Virus record (IMG/VR): IMGVR_UViG_3300012933_000154
Location: 1 to 41,845 of that record
DNA from: a virus
Taxonomy: Duplodnaviria; Caudoviricetes
Reading direction: 5' to 3' (one strand)
DNA length: 41,845 nucleotides
Of this stretch, positions 8,306 to 16,745 are shown in pieces. The notes beneath the pieces were generated by a model. It saw only the letters and a list, made by a program, of their open reading frames with translations. It was not told the origin of the DNA and did no database searches. Each line of letters opens with the position of its first letter. Position 1 is the first letter of the stretch. Both the position numbers and the translations under genes were made by a program.

Positions 8306-8387
8306 TACGAGCCATCGAGGAGGATGGTTTGGGAGTTTACGAGGTTCGACTTTCCGTGGTTGGGGAGTCGGGTCTCGTTTTCTTTTT
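8306..8387 (+). ncRNA. Candidate small RNA (~80 nt)
   Basis: Bounded by the promoter at 8271-8299 and a terminator; 5' hairpin GAGCCATC/GATGGTTT with GAGGAG loop; 5' end estimated. Confidence 0.5.
8339..8387 (+). terminator. Intrinsic terminator
   Basis: 17-bp stem ACGAGGTTCGACTTTCC/GGGGAGTCGGGTCTCGT; its G.U pairs form only on the + strand; followed by TTTCTTTTT. Confidence 0.75.
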
Positions 8388-8408
8388 CCTTTATTTCGTT
8401 CCTATTAC

Positions 8409-8437
8409 TTGACATAATGTTGTTTTGTTTGTAAACT
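8409..8437 (+). promoter_or_regulatory. SigA-type promoter of the amidotransferase gene
   Basis: TTGACA-17 nt-TAAACT; GAAGGAG RBS at 8466-8472. Confidence 0.8.
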
Positions 8438-8482
8438 GTTTATTAGACCGCACAAGTGTTGCGGTGAAGGAGTGTGTTGTTT

Positions 8483-9535
8483 ATGTGTTCAATTGCTGGT
8501 TTTAGTTTGTCTCGTGGTTCTGTTGTGAGCCCTCGTAAGTTGTCTCGTGCTTTGTTGGTTGAGATGGATGTTCGCGGTAATCAGGCTTCTGGTTTTGCGT
8601 GGCAGTCGCCGTCTGGTGCTGGCGTGTTCAAGAAGGATGTTGCCGGTGCGAATCTGCCTACTAAGTCAATGCCTAAGGATGCTGGCGTTGTTGTGTTGCA
8701 CACTCGTTATGCGACTCACGGCACTATCAAGAATATGGCGAATAACCACCCTGTTCTCAGCCCTGATAAGTCCATCTCGTTGGTGCACAATGGCGTTATC
8801 TATAATCACGATATTGTTCGCACTCACCTAGACGCTACTTTGCCCGAGGTTGATACGGCTGTTATTCCTGCCATCCTTGAGCAGTTCGGTCGTGACGCTG
8901 ACAAGTTCTCTATGCTCGATGGTGACGCTTCGGTTGCGTGGTTGGATGATTCTGACCGTATGACTCTCAAGGTTGCTCGTATCAGTCACTCACCGCTTGT
9001 TATTGCCCAGTTGGCTGATGGCTCGTTCGTGTTTGCTTCTACAGAGACCATCTTGCTAAATGCCCTAAAATCGATCGATGTTCCGGTTGTTTATATGGAG
9101 GTTGTCCCTGAGCGCGTTCTTATGACTGTTCGTGACGGTCGTTTGTGTGATGTTGAGGCGTTGCCTTCGCTTGACCCTGCGTTCGAGCAGAAGTTCGATT
9201 ACTCGACTAGCAAGTATCGTGATATGACTTCTGGCGGTTGGGGTTCGACCGATACTCTCGGCTATAAGTTCAATGCGCCGTCTACTGCGTTTGGCGGTGG
9301 CGAGTTGTATCAGTTCGAGGGTTTGGTGGAGCAACTTGGCTACCCTGTTGTCTCGGGTATGGTGGCTAACGAGTTCGGTGAGTATTTCGATGAGATGGGC
9401 AACTTTATGGGGTCGTTTGACGATTTGGTGGAGACCGGCTACATTCGTGAGTCAGACTTTTACACTCAGGATAGCCAGACTATTTCGTCTCGGACTTCGA
9501 TGTTTGCGGAGCGTTATGTTAGTGACCTTTTCTAA
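8483..9535 (+). CDS. Class II (Ntn) glutamine amidotransferase
   Basis: Start at ATG 8483 gives N-terminal nucleophile 'MCSIAG'; 'RG.QASG', 'HTRYATHG', 'NNHP', 'HNGVI.N', 'VDT', 'FASTE'. Confidence 0.9.
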   Translation: MCSIAGFSLSRGSVVSPRKLSRALLVEMDVRGNQASGFAWQSPSGAGVFKKDVAGANLPTKSMPKDAGVVVLHTRYATHGTIKNMANNHPVLSPDKSISLVHNGVIYNHDIVRTHLDATLPEVDTAVIPAILEQFGRDADKFSMLDGDASVAWLDDSDRMTLKVARISHSPLVIAQLADGSFVFASTETILLNALKSIDVPVVYMEVVPERVLMTVRDGRLCDVEALPSLDPAFEQKFDYSTSKYRDMTSGGWGSTDTLGYKFNAPSTAFGGGELYQFEGLVEQLGYPVVSGMVANEFGEYFDEMGNFMGSFDDLVETGYIRESDFYTQDSQTISSRTSMFAERYVSDLF

Positions 9536-9623
9536 ACTGCACCGTCACCCTGTATCTATTTACTATTGTATTATTATATAAAATAATATATAGTATAGGT
9601 ATGTAACCGGATTCAGACCGCCT

Positions 9624-9848
9624 TGAATCGAATATGTTCCACATTCCACGCTTTTTGGAACATATTTGATTCACCCCAAGAAGCACCTCGACCGTTTTCC
9701 CTAAACTTTCAAACTATTTGGCAACATAATTCAAAACAAGTTATTGACTTTTCAAATAGTGTTTAGTAAGATTGGTCTTAGTTCCACCGACCACATTTGA
9801 TTCCTGAATCGAATATGGTCAGAGCAAATATTTAGTGAATCAAATATG
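9624..9848. repeat. Five copies of TGAATCRAATATG (direct and inverted) next to an AT-rich tract
   Basis: Copies at 9624(+), 9661(-), 9792(-, two mismatches), 9805(+) and 9836(+); pure A/T run at 9569-9592. Confidence 0.85.
9744..9772 (+). promoter_or_regulatory. SigA-type promoter
   Basis: TTGACT-17 nt-TAAGAT upstream of AAAGGAG RBS of the 9865 ORF. Confidence 0.7.
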
Positions 9849-9864
9849 GTAAAAGGAGAAAACC

Positions 9865-10107
9865 GTGATTCAGAAACTCAAGCAAAGCATTACTCGTTCC
9901 GAGGCTCGTATGGCTGACTATGCCGACAACCTCGCTAACTGGTTCGGCACAGAGCGCGAACTGACCGAGAAGTTCAAGCCGTCAATGCCGTTCGAGTCGC
10001 AGTATGTAAAGGCGATGTTGGACAAGATGAACGGCGAGTATCGCAACCTTCTGAGCCTTCAGGCGCAGTTGTCAGAATTTGAAATGTTGGAGGATGTAAA
10101 TGTCTAA
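9865..10107 (+). CDS. Hypothetical protein
   Basis: GTG start with AAAGGAG RBS; helical 80 aa. Confidence 0.75.
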   Translation: MIQKLKQSITRSEARMADYADNLANWFGTERELTEKFKPSMPFESQYVKAMLDKMNGEYRNLLSLQAQLSEFEMLEDVNV

Positions 10108-10429
10108 TTTGATCGATAGCAGACTGATGGCGCACATCGAGGAGATTCTCGAATTTGCCAAAGACAGGGGAGCGTTTTGCAAGGGGGAACTCGAGAAGGT
10201 CGAAGACACCCGAGACGGCGCATACGACTACTACGAGGGTCTCGTGGATGGTTACGGCATTATGGAGACCAAAATCCAAACCGTCTACAACCGAGCGTTG
10301 TATGAAATGCGTCAGGATGGCGCAGATACGATGTGGGGTTGCCCAGACTGCAAGTCCATAATGCTGTATTGGCAGGAGGCGCACCACAAGGCAACCGGTT
10401 GTGTTCCGTTTCACCTAGGAGGTATCTAA
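10100..10429 (+). CDS. Hypothetical protein with CxxC...H...C motif
   Basis: GGAGG RBS; operon tiling. Confidence 0.7.
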   Translation: MSNLIDSRLMAHIEEILEFAKDRGAFCKGELEKVEDTRDGAYDYYEGLVDGYGIMETKIQTVYNRALYEMRQDGADTMWGCPDCKSIMLYWQEAHHKATGCVPFHLGGI

Positions 10430-10638
10430 TGGCAAAAGTTCAAGAAGTAATCAACTGGCTGTCAAAGCGCGACCCTGAAGAGGTTATCGCGCTGACCGGC
10501 TGGTGGTATCAGTCCGACATTGAGAACAACAACGAGGTGGAACTCACCGAAGACCAATGGGAGACGATTGTAGACCGCCACGAGTCCGACATACAACGCG
10601 ACATCGATGAGATTGTCAGCGAGGTTCTCAATGGCTAA
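10429..10638 (+). CDS. Hypothetical protein (MAKVQEV...)
   Basis: TAATG overlap and AGGAGG RBS; start moved from the ORF-track position. Confidence 0.7.
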   Translation: MAKVQEVINWLSKRDPEEVIALTGWWYQSDIENNNEVELTEDQWETIVDRHESDIQRDIDEIVSEVLNG

Positions 10639-10849
10639 GATGGCATCCCTGCACCAAGAGCCCCAGAGCCCACCAAGGGGGGCTTTTTGCAAAGATTGCA
10701 ACTGGGCACAACCAAATGTGAAACAAATCGCTTTCTGCCCAAAATGTGGCACAGACAAGATTGGATACTACGATGAGCAGAATCAAAACCGTGGGAGTTT
10801 ACACGACCGACACCAGCAAGTTTCTGGGGGCGTTCAACTCAAAGGCTAA
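10631..10849 (+). CDS. Zinc-ribbon protein
   Basis: CKDC...CPKCG; GAGG RBS; overlaps the next ORF by 77 nt. Confidence 0.55.
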   Translation: MAKMASLHQEPQSPPRGAFCKDCNWAQPNVKQIAFCPKCGTDKIGYYDEQNQNRGSLHDRHQQVSGGVQLKG

Positions 10850-11003
10850 AGCCCAAGAGTTCGCACTCACATATCCCAAGTTTACTGAGATGGTCTTTTA
10901 CTACCATTTGACCATTGCACAAGTCGAAGTTTTGCCTTACGCTCAAGCGTATGACTTTGAAAACAAAATCAAAACCGCAACGAATTGGAGAAAAATTGCC
11001 TAG
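10773..11003 (+). CDS. Hypothetical protein
   Basis: Fills the gap before the DUF3846-like gene; start uncertain. Confidence 0.55.
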   Translation: MSRIKTVGVYTTDTSKFLGAFNSKAKAQEFALTYPKFTEMVFYYHLTIAQVEVLPYAQAYDFENKIKTATNWRKIA

Positions 11004-11424
11004 GATTATGAAACTAAAAGCCAACAACCAGTTGGAGATTACCGACTACCCAGAAGCAGGTATGGGTGATTCCCTAAAGTTCCTGCAAGGTGTCGTGGGT
11101 GGCTACATCGAGTTCATCAACCTGCCTAAGCAGGGCGTTGTGATGGTTGTGAACGAGGAGGGCAAACTTCGCGACCTCCCAACCAATGTTTTTGCCAGCG
11201 TGCTTTTCTATCAGAACTATCAGGAGAGCGCCGACTTCATCGTTGGCGATGTCGCTTTCCTGAGTGCCGAGGTTGATGAGTTCGGAGACCCTGCCGGATT
11301 GTCTAACTCACAGGTGAATAGCCTGTATAACGAGATGCAATGGCTGATTGATGAGGCTCAGAGTGAGGCTATCGATCGACGAGAAACAGACCGCGAATAC
11401 TACGCAGAATCACAAGGAGAATAA
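10996..11424 (+). CDS. DUF3846-like protein
   Basis: 'LQ..VGGYIE', 'NEEGKL..LP.N', 'IVGDV'; TTG start after GGAG. Confidence 0.75.
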   Translation: MPRIMKLKANNQLEITDYPEAGMGDSLKFLQGVVGGYIEFINLPKQGVVMVVNEEGKLRDLPTNVFASVLFYQNYQESADFIVGDVAFLSAEVDEFGDPAGLSNSQVNSLYNEMQWLIDEAQSEAIDRRETDREYYAESQGE

Positions 11425-11425
11425 A

Positions 11426-11743
11426 ATGACTGAATTTATGACCGCACAGAAACTTATCGACCGCCTAAGCAAGTTAGCACCAGACACCCCTGTTGTGGGC
11501 TTTGTGGGCGCACCTGACAGTCTTATGGGGCAGTATGGGTTCATTCCTACCCAGAACGACTGGCAGAAGATTGTGGAGGCTTTCCACGAGTATTCAAAGA
11601 TTGGCTTCGACCAAGTTTGGGACGCGTTCGCTGACGCAAAGTTGGATGTTCTATCCGAGTGGCTTTGCTGGTCGTGTGAATCGTATTCTTACACTTGCGA
11701 AGATGTTGATGGCGCACCAACTTGTTCGGATTGTTCCGAATAG
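11426..11743 (+). CDS. Hypothetical protein with C-terminal CxxC...CxxC
   Basis: AAGGAG RBS; CWSC...CSDC. Confidence 0.7.
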   Translation: MTEFMTAQKLIDRLSKLAPDTPVVGFVGAPDSLMGQYGFIPTQNDWQKIVEAFHEYSKIGFDQVWDAFADAKLDVLSEWLCWSCESYSYTCEDVDGAPTCSDCSE

Positions 11744-11747
11744 GTGC

Positions 11748-11776
11748 TTGACAACAACACTATTTCCAACTAAACT
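11748..11776 (+). promoter_or_regulatory. SigA-type promoter of ssb
   Basis: TTGACA-17 nt-TAAACT. Confidence 0.8.
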
Positions 11777-11805
11777 ATTTATACAGTCTATAAAAGGAGA
11801 AATAT

Positions 11806-12333
11806 ATGTCTGAAAACATTTCGGTTAGCGGTCTAGTCGCTACCACCCCACGCTACCTTGTAACCGCAGACGACCTGCCTATTGTGTCGTTCCGCCTCGC
11901 TTCGTCTACTCGCCGGTTTGACCGCGCCACTAACCGTTGGGTTGATGGCAACACCAACTGGTATACCGTCACCGCGTTCAACACGCTCGCTACCAACGCC
12001 AACTCGTCAATTCACAAGGGCGACCGCATTATGCTTACCGGCAAGTTGCGTGTTCGTGACTGGGACAACGGTGAGCGTGCCGGCACTTCGGTTGAGATTG
12101 AAGCCGAGGCTATGGGGCACGACCTAACTTGGGGTAGTTCTGAGTTCACTCGCACCGCGCTAACTCGCCCTGAGGCAACCCCTGAGGATGTCGAGACGCT
12201 TATTGCCTCTGTCAGCAACGCTTTTGCTGAGGAGACCAAACCTGTCACCCTGAACGATGTTCGTGACGAAATTTCTACCGGCAGAAAGCACGCCTGCAAC
12301 TGCCGTAACTGCTCAAACAAGGAGAACAACTAA
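11806..12333 (+). CDS. ssb: Single-stranded DNA-binding protein (actinobacterial type)
   Basis: OB-fold motifs 'SFRLAS..RRFDR...WVDG.TNWYTV', 'LA.N...S..KGDR....G.L..R.W', 'GHDL'. Confidence 0.9.
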   Translation: MSENISVSGLVATTPRYLVTADDLPIVSFRLASSTRRFDRATNRWVDGNTNWYTVTAFNTLATNANSSIHKGDRIMLTGKLRVRDWDNGERAGTSVEIEAEAMGHDLTWGSSEFTRTALTRPEATPEDVETLIASVSNAFAEETKPVTLNDVRDEISTGRKHACNCRNCSNKENN

Positions 12334-13172
12334 TGCCAAACTGGGTTTTCAATTCAATTGTTGTCGAAGGCGCAAAAGCCGATGTGGACGCGTTCCTAGA
12401 GCACGCTAAGAAGCCGACACCGTTCTGCGCCAATGACGACCACGAACGCGAGTTCAATTTCCACTCGTTCATTACTCCACCAGCCGACAAGGTTGAGGAG
12501 TATTTGGGGCAGTCCGGTTGGATTGGTGGCGAGCAGGTTGGCTCTGGTGAGTTCAACTGGTATCAGTGGAACAACGCCAACTGGGATACGAAGTGGAACG
12601 CCTGCGATGTGAACATCGATCGACACTCAGACGGTTCTGTCTCGATTCGTTTCGATACTGCGTGGTGTCAGCCAACTCCGATTTTTTGCGCTATGGCTGA
12701 ACAGTTCCCTAACCTCAACTTTGACATTGAGTATGAGGAGGAGCAGGGTTGGGGCGGAACGATTCGTTTCGTCAAGGGCGAGGTCGCTTTCGAGTCAGAA
12801 TGGGATTGCCCTGATTCCCACTCGGACTACACCGAGCGAGGTCGTGACTGCATTTGCACTTATGAAGATAATCAAGAAGACTGGTATGGCGATTGCCCCA
12901 GAGAAGAGGAACTAATGATTGAGAACACTATTACCGTAACCGGAACTGATGTAAATGTTGGCGAGGCTGTGGACGCTGTAATCAACGGCGAAGCAGACCT
13001 TAGCGTCACTTACGAATACAAGAGCGCAGATATGTATGGTCTGGGCGAAGACCCTCGTCAGGTTGGTGCTGATGTTGATGTTCAGACACTCGTGCCTATC
13101 ACCAACGAAGACCTTGATGGCTTCCGCTTGCAGTTCCCTGCTATTGACGCTGAGGTGGCGAAGAATGACTAA
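12333..13172 (+). CDS. YubB/Api92-like ferredoxin-fold protein (DUF1281-related)
   Basis: 'MPNW..N', 'WY.W...NWDTKWN', 'FDTAW..P', 'FP.L.F...Y.E'. Confidence 0.75.
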   Translation: MPNWVFNSIVVEGAKADVDAFLEHAKKPTPFCANDDHEREFNFHSFITPPADKVEEYLGQSGWIGGEQVGSGEFNWYQWNNANWDTKWNACDVNIDRHSDGSVSIRFDTAWCQPTPIFCAMAEQFPNLNFDIEYEEEQGWGGTIRFVKGEVAFESEWDCPDSHSDYTERGRDCICTYEDNQEDWYGDCPREEELMIENTITVTGTDVNVGEAVDAVINGEADLSVTYEYKSADMYGLGEDPRQVGADVDVQTLVPITNEDLDGFRLQFPAIDAEVAKND

Positions 13173-13665
13173 GTTGTCACCGCGCGCTGAGACCGCACTC
13201 GATATGTTGCGCGAGAAGCACATCGCTTACACGATTGCCAAGGCAACCATTGAGTCGCAGTTGAAGCAGGAACTTGCTACACGCTTGTCTACTATCCGCC
13301 ACGACCGCGATATGGCTTTGCGCCTCGCTGCCGAGGAGGGTGTCCCTAAGACTCAGTTGGGTAAAGCCATTGGCACAAGCAACTACCGCACCGTTCAGGA
13401 GATTATGGCTCTGACCGATGGCGTTGTTGCTTCGGTTGAGTCCGGTGGCACATCGATCGATGTTCGCGCTTCGTCAGACATTGGCGAGTTTGAGGTTACT
13501 GTAACCAACCTTGGAGAGCAACGCCTGTCCGGTGTTGTCTTGTTGAAGGTTACTGACGGCGGTCTCGACTACATTGACGGTGACGCTTTCATCATCCCTC
13601 AGTTGTATCGTGCCGGACTTGTCGATGATGTTATCGCGCGAATTACGCGAATCGGTGACAACTAA
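13165..13665 (+). CDS. Putative HTH DNA-binding protein
   Basis: 'GVPKTQLGKAIGTSNYRTVQEI' HTH-like segment; GAGG RBS. Confidence 0.55.
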   Translation: MTKLSPRAETALDMLREKHIAYTIAKATIESQLKQELATRLSTIRHDRDMALRLAAEEGVPKTQLGKAIGTSNYRTVQEIMALTDGVVASVESGGTSIDVRASSDIGEFEVTVTNLGEQRLSGVVLLKVTDGGLDYIDGDAFIIPQLYRAGLVDDVIARITRIGDN

Positions 13666-13946
13666 TGGTCTACTTTTCTGGCGATGACAACGATGACGGT
13701 CTCAGACCGTTCGACTTCGATGAGGTGCTTCAAGAGGCGCGTAATCACGAATCCCTAATTGCTGAGGCTACTGGCGAGCGTTACATTCAGGTTGGTATTC
13801 ACAACTCTGACGCTTACGACTTCGAGGTTTGGGCTGACGGTGGGCGTTTCGGCGTGAAGACCCGATACTTCATCGACTTTATGGAACTTCGTGCCGAAGC
13901 CAAGTTGCTTTACCCTGAGGCTGATTGGGCTGAAGTTGGATGGTAG
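13665..13946 (+). CDS. Hypothetical protein
   Basis: TAATG overlap; acidic 93 aa. Confidence 0.65.
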   Translation: MVYFSGDDNDDGLRPFDFDEVLQEARNHESLIAEATGERYIQVGIHNSDAYDFEVWADGGRFGVKTRYFIDFMELRAEAKLLYPEADWAEVGW

Positions 13947-15334
13947 ACGCACCGCTACAACCGTATGAGTATCAGCAACGCGACATTGACAACCTTGTAG
14001 CCCACGATGGCACAGGGATTATTGCTACGCAGGTTGGTGGCGGTAAGACACTTGTTGCCATCGAGGTCGCTAAGGCACTCGGCACGGGTTGCAACCTTGT
14101 GATTGCGCCTAAGGGAACTCACAAGCGCGCGTGGGAGAAAACCATTCAGCGTCAGATTCCTGAAGCCGAAGTGAAGTATGTGAACTCGACCAAGAAGGGT
14201 CAGGAAGCGTTTGCCCAATTGCACAAGGGGGACGCTGGCTGGTATTTGATTAGCCCAGAGTATTTCCGCTCGTTGCATTGGGCTGGCGTAACACCGGACT
14301 TGGCTGTGTTTGATGAGGTGCACCGCGCGTCTAACCGTAAGAGTAAGACGGCGAAGATGTTGCACACTTTGAAGGCTAAACGCCGGATTGGTATGTCTGG
14401 CACGATTGCTGGCAACCGCGTGGAGGGTTTTTGGGCTGTGTTGCGTTGGGTTTACCCCGATGTGGCTACTCGATCGTTCTGGGCGTGGGCTAACAAGTAT
14501 TGTCAGATTGTTGATGATTTTTGGGCTGGCAAAACTGTTATGGGTGAGAGAGTGCCCGGCTCGATTGTCAGCGACATTCCTTGCTACATCCGTCACTTGA
14601 AGCGTGAGAAGTGTTGTGAGTTCCACCAAGAAGGTATGGATGCAGATTTGCCAAGTATGGTGACGATTGAGCGCACCGTGCAGTTGGGCGCGGAGCAGAA
14701 GCGTATTTACAAGAAGATGGAGCGTGACCTGTTTGTTTTCCTTGAAGGCAACCCTTTGGTTGCGGAAGTTCCGATTGCCGTTCGCGTTCGCTTGCGCCAG
14801 ATTACTTTGGGAACGCCGTCAATATCTGAGAGCGGTGAAGTGTTTTTTGATGTTGATTGCAAATCGACCAAACTCGATGAGTTATTTAGTATCATCGCTG
14901 ACCATCCTGAAGGCGAGGCAATGCTAATTCTGACCCATTCGCAGAAGTTTGCAAATGTGGTTACGAAGCGTCTGGAGGCGAGTGGCAAGTCTGCTTTCGA
15001 GTGGTCTGGTCAGGCTTCCCAAAAGTTGCGTGACGAGGCTCTGACCCAGTTCATCGCCGGTGACATCCAATACATTGTTGGTGTTATTTCGGCTATTGGC
15101 GAGGGCACAGACGGCTTGCAGGAGCGCGCCAGCGTTGTTGTGTGGTTGTCTAAGGATGATAACCGCTTGCTGAATGAGCAGGCCGCCGGCCGTCTCGATC
15201 GACGAGGGCAAAAGGGTTCGGTTGTGTCTTATGAGATTTTGGCTGAAGATACTTATGATGAGGGTCAGTTGTCTAAGTTGATTTTAGACCAGTTGGCTAT
15301 GAATGAAAGTTTGAGAGGAGAACTAAATGTTTAG
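13940..15334 (+). CDS. SF2 (SNF2/DExH-like) helicase
   Basis: 'VGGGKT', 'FDEVHR', 'MSGT', 'EGTDGLQ', 'QAAGRLDRRGQ'. Confidence 0.92.
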   Translation: MVDAPLQPYEYQQRDIDNLVAHDGTGIIATQVGGGKTLVAIEVAKALGTGCNLVIAPKGTHKRAWEKTIQRQIPEAEVKYVNSTKKGQEAFAQLHKGDAGWYLISPEYFRSLHWAGVTPDLAVFDEVHRASNRKSKTAKMLHTLKAKRRIGMSGTIAGNRVEGFWAVLRWVYPDVATRSFWAWANKYCQIVDDFWAGKTVMGERVPGSIVSDIPCYIRHLKREKCCEFHQEGMDADLPSMVTIERTVQLGAEQKRIYKKMERDLFVFLEGNPLVAEVPIAVRVRLRQITLGTPSISESGEVFFDVDCKSTKLDELFSIIADHPEGEAMLILTHSQKFANVVTKRLEASGKSAFEWSGQASQKLRDEALTQFIAGDIQYIVGVISAIGEGTDGLQERASVVVWLSKDDNRLLNEQAAGRLDRRGQKGSVVSYEILAEDTYDEGQLSKLILDQLAMNESLRGELNV

Positions 15335-15464
15335 AAAGTTTTTGGAGTGGTTGAATAGACCGATTATTGTTCAAGACGCGACAGATGATGAATTGCCATA
15401 TGAGGCGCGTAGCACTTGGGAGCGTTTAGACGACGCTTATGGGTTTGACGATGAAGAAGACTAG
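15327..15464 (+). CDS. Small hypothetical protein (45 aa, MFRKFLEW...)
   Basis: Translated by hand; GAGGAG RBS; below the ORF-track size cutoff. Confidence 0.6.
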   Translation: MFRKFLEWLNRPIIVQDATDDELPYEARSTWERLDDAYGFDDEED

Positions 15465-15471
15465 GGATACG

Positions 15472-15639
15472 ATGTTATTTATGTCTGTTGGACAGAAGCA
15501 CATTATGGGCATTGGCACGCAACACGAGCGTCGTCGAGTGTTAGATATCATCAAGAAGGTTCACAGCGCGAAAACCCATTCTTTGAGTGTGAAGTGTGAC
15601 TGGTGTGTTGTTGTTGAAGAAATTGAGAAGGGTAAGTAA
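15472..15639 (+). CDS. Hypothetical protein
   Basis: Operon tiling; CxxC; start uncertain. Confidence 0.55.
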   Translation: MLFMSVGQKHIMGIGTQHERRRVLDIIKKVHSAKTHSLSVKCDWCVVVEEIEKGK

Positions 15640-16329
15640 ATGGAGAAAAAGGTTTTAGATAATGGCTATGTCCGGTTGGTTGATGTTTTGGGCAACGACT
15701 TGTCTGTTGTCAATGCTGCTCGAGTTTCTTATGATAAGGAGTCAGTTGAGTTTGCTGACCGAGATGCCGGGCTTCTAAAGTTCCTAATTCGTGAGGGTCA
15801 CACTTCGCCGTTTCGTCACGCTGCTTTGACTTTTGAGGTCTATGCGCCTTTGTTTGTTGCGCGTCAATGGTGGAAGTATGCTGTTGCTTCGACACACATC
15901 GACGACCAGAACGGCTGGAATGAGTCCTCTCGCCGTTACATTACTGAGCAGGAGGAATTCTACATTCCGGACTCTCTAGGCTGGCGATCGAAGCCGGAGA
16001 ACTCTAAGCAGGGTTCTGGTGCACCGCTCGATATGGAAACTGGAATGATGCTTACCGCCGACCTGATGTATCACATCGAGTCTGGCGTGGAGAAGTATCA
16101 GCAGGCGATGGAAGTTGGTGTCGCGCCAGAGTTGGCTCGATTGTTCTTGCCTGCTTATGGAATGTATGTTCGTTGGCGTTGGACCACTTCGTTGCAGGGT
16201 GTTATGACTTTCCTTGACCAGCGTCTCGGGCACGATGCTCAGGTTGAGATTCAGGATTATGCCAAAGCAGTTCAAGAACTCTCGCACTCAGCGTTCCCAA
16301 AGACTTTCGAAGTTTTGGAGAGCCTGTAA
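15640..16329 (+). CDS. thyX: FAD-dependent thymidylate synthase ThyX (variant motif)
   Basis: 'VVNAARVSY', 'GHTSPF.H', 'P.FVARQW', 'NE.S.RY', 'E.AR..LP', 'AQ.EI..YA'. Confidence 0.88.
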   Translation: MEKKVLDNGYVRLVDVLGNDLSVVNAARVSYDKESVEFADRDAGLLKFLIREGHTSPFRHAALTFEVYAPLFVARQWWKYAVASTHIDDQNGWNESSRRYITEQEEFYIPDSLGWRSKPENSKQGSGAPLDMETGMMLTADLMYHIESGVEKYQQAMEVGVAPELARLFLPAYGMYVRWRWTTSLQGVMTFLDQRLGHDAQVEIQDYAKAVQELSHSAFPKTFEVLESL

Positions 16330-16547
16330 TGAAGAACGATGCCGTAAACCACCCTGTGCACTACACCAGCGACCCTAGTGGCGTTGAGTGCATCCAGATT
16401 ACTCGTCACCGCAACTTCAACATTGGTAACGCCATCAAGTATTTGTGGCGCGCCGGTCTAAAAGATGGCAACAGTAATACCCAAGACTTGCGAAAAGCGG
16501 TATGGTATTTACAGGATGAAATCAGACGGATCGAAGGAGAGGGCTAA
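16329..16547 (+). CDS. DUF3310 protein (T7 gp1.7-like)
   Basis: 'D.VNHP.HY', 'GVECI', 'GNAIKYLWRAG.K', 'DL.KA.WYL'. Confidence 0.88.
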   Translation: MKNDAVNHPVHYTSDPSGVECIQITRHRNFNIGNAIKYLWRAGLKDGNSNTQDLRKAVWYLQDEIRRIEGEG

Positions 16548-16745
16548 GTGTTTGAAACAGAGGCTATCCGCCAGAATTATGAGTTGGGCGTGTTGGTTGG
16601 TGAGGCTAGAGAGCAAAAGCGCATTATCAAGTTGCTAGAGAAGCACCTTATTTGGTCTTATGACATTGGGCTTGGCTACAAACTAGGCTCTCAGATAGAC
16701 CTAGATGACCTATTTGAACTTATCAAGCACAAAGGAGAGAAGTAG
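16548..16745 (+). CDS. Hypothetical protein
   Basis: GTG start after GGAG; operon tiling. Confidence 0.6.
   Translation: MFETEAIRQNYELGVLVGEAREQKRIIKLLEKHLIWSYDIGLGYKLGSQIDLDDLFELIKHKGEK

Noticed and set aside
8324-8434. Short ORF MVWEFTRF... after GAGGAGG
   Set aside because: The SD-like sequence abuts the ATG with no spacing, and the frame crosses a terminator and the next promoter
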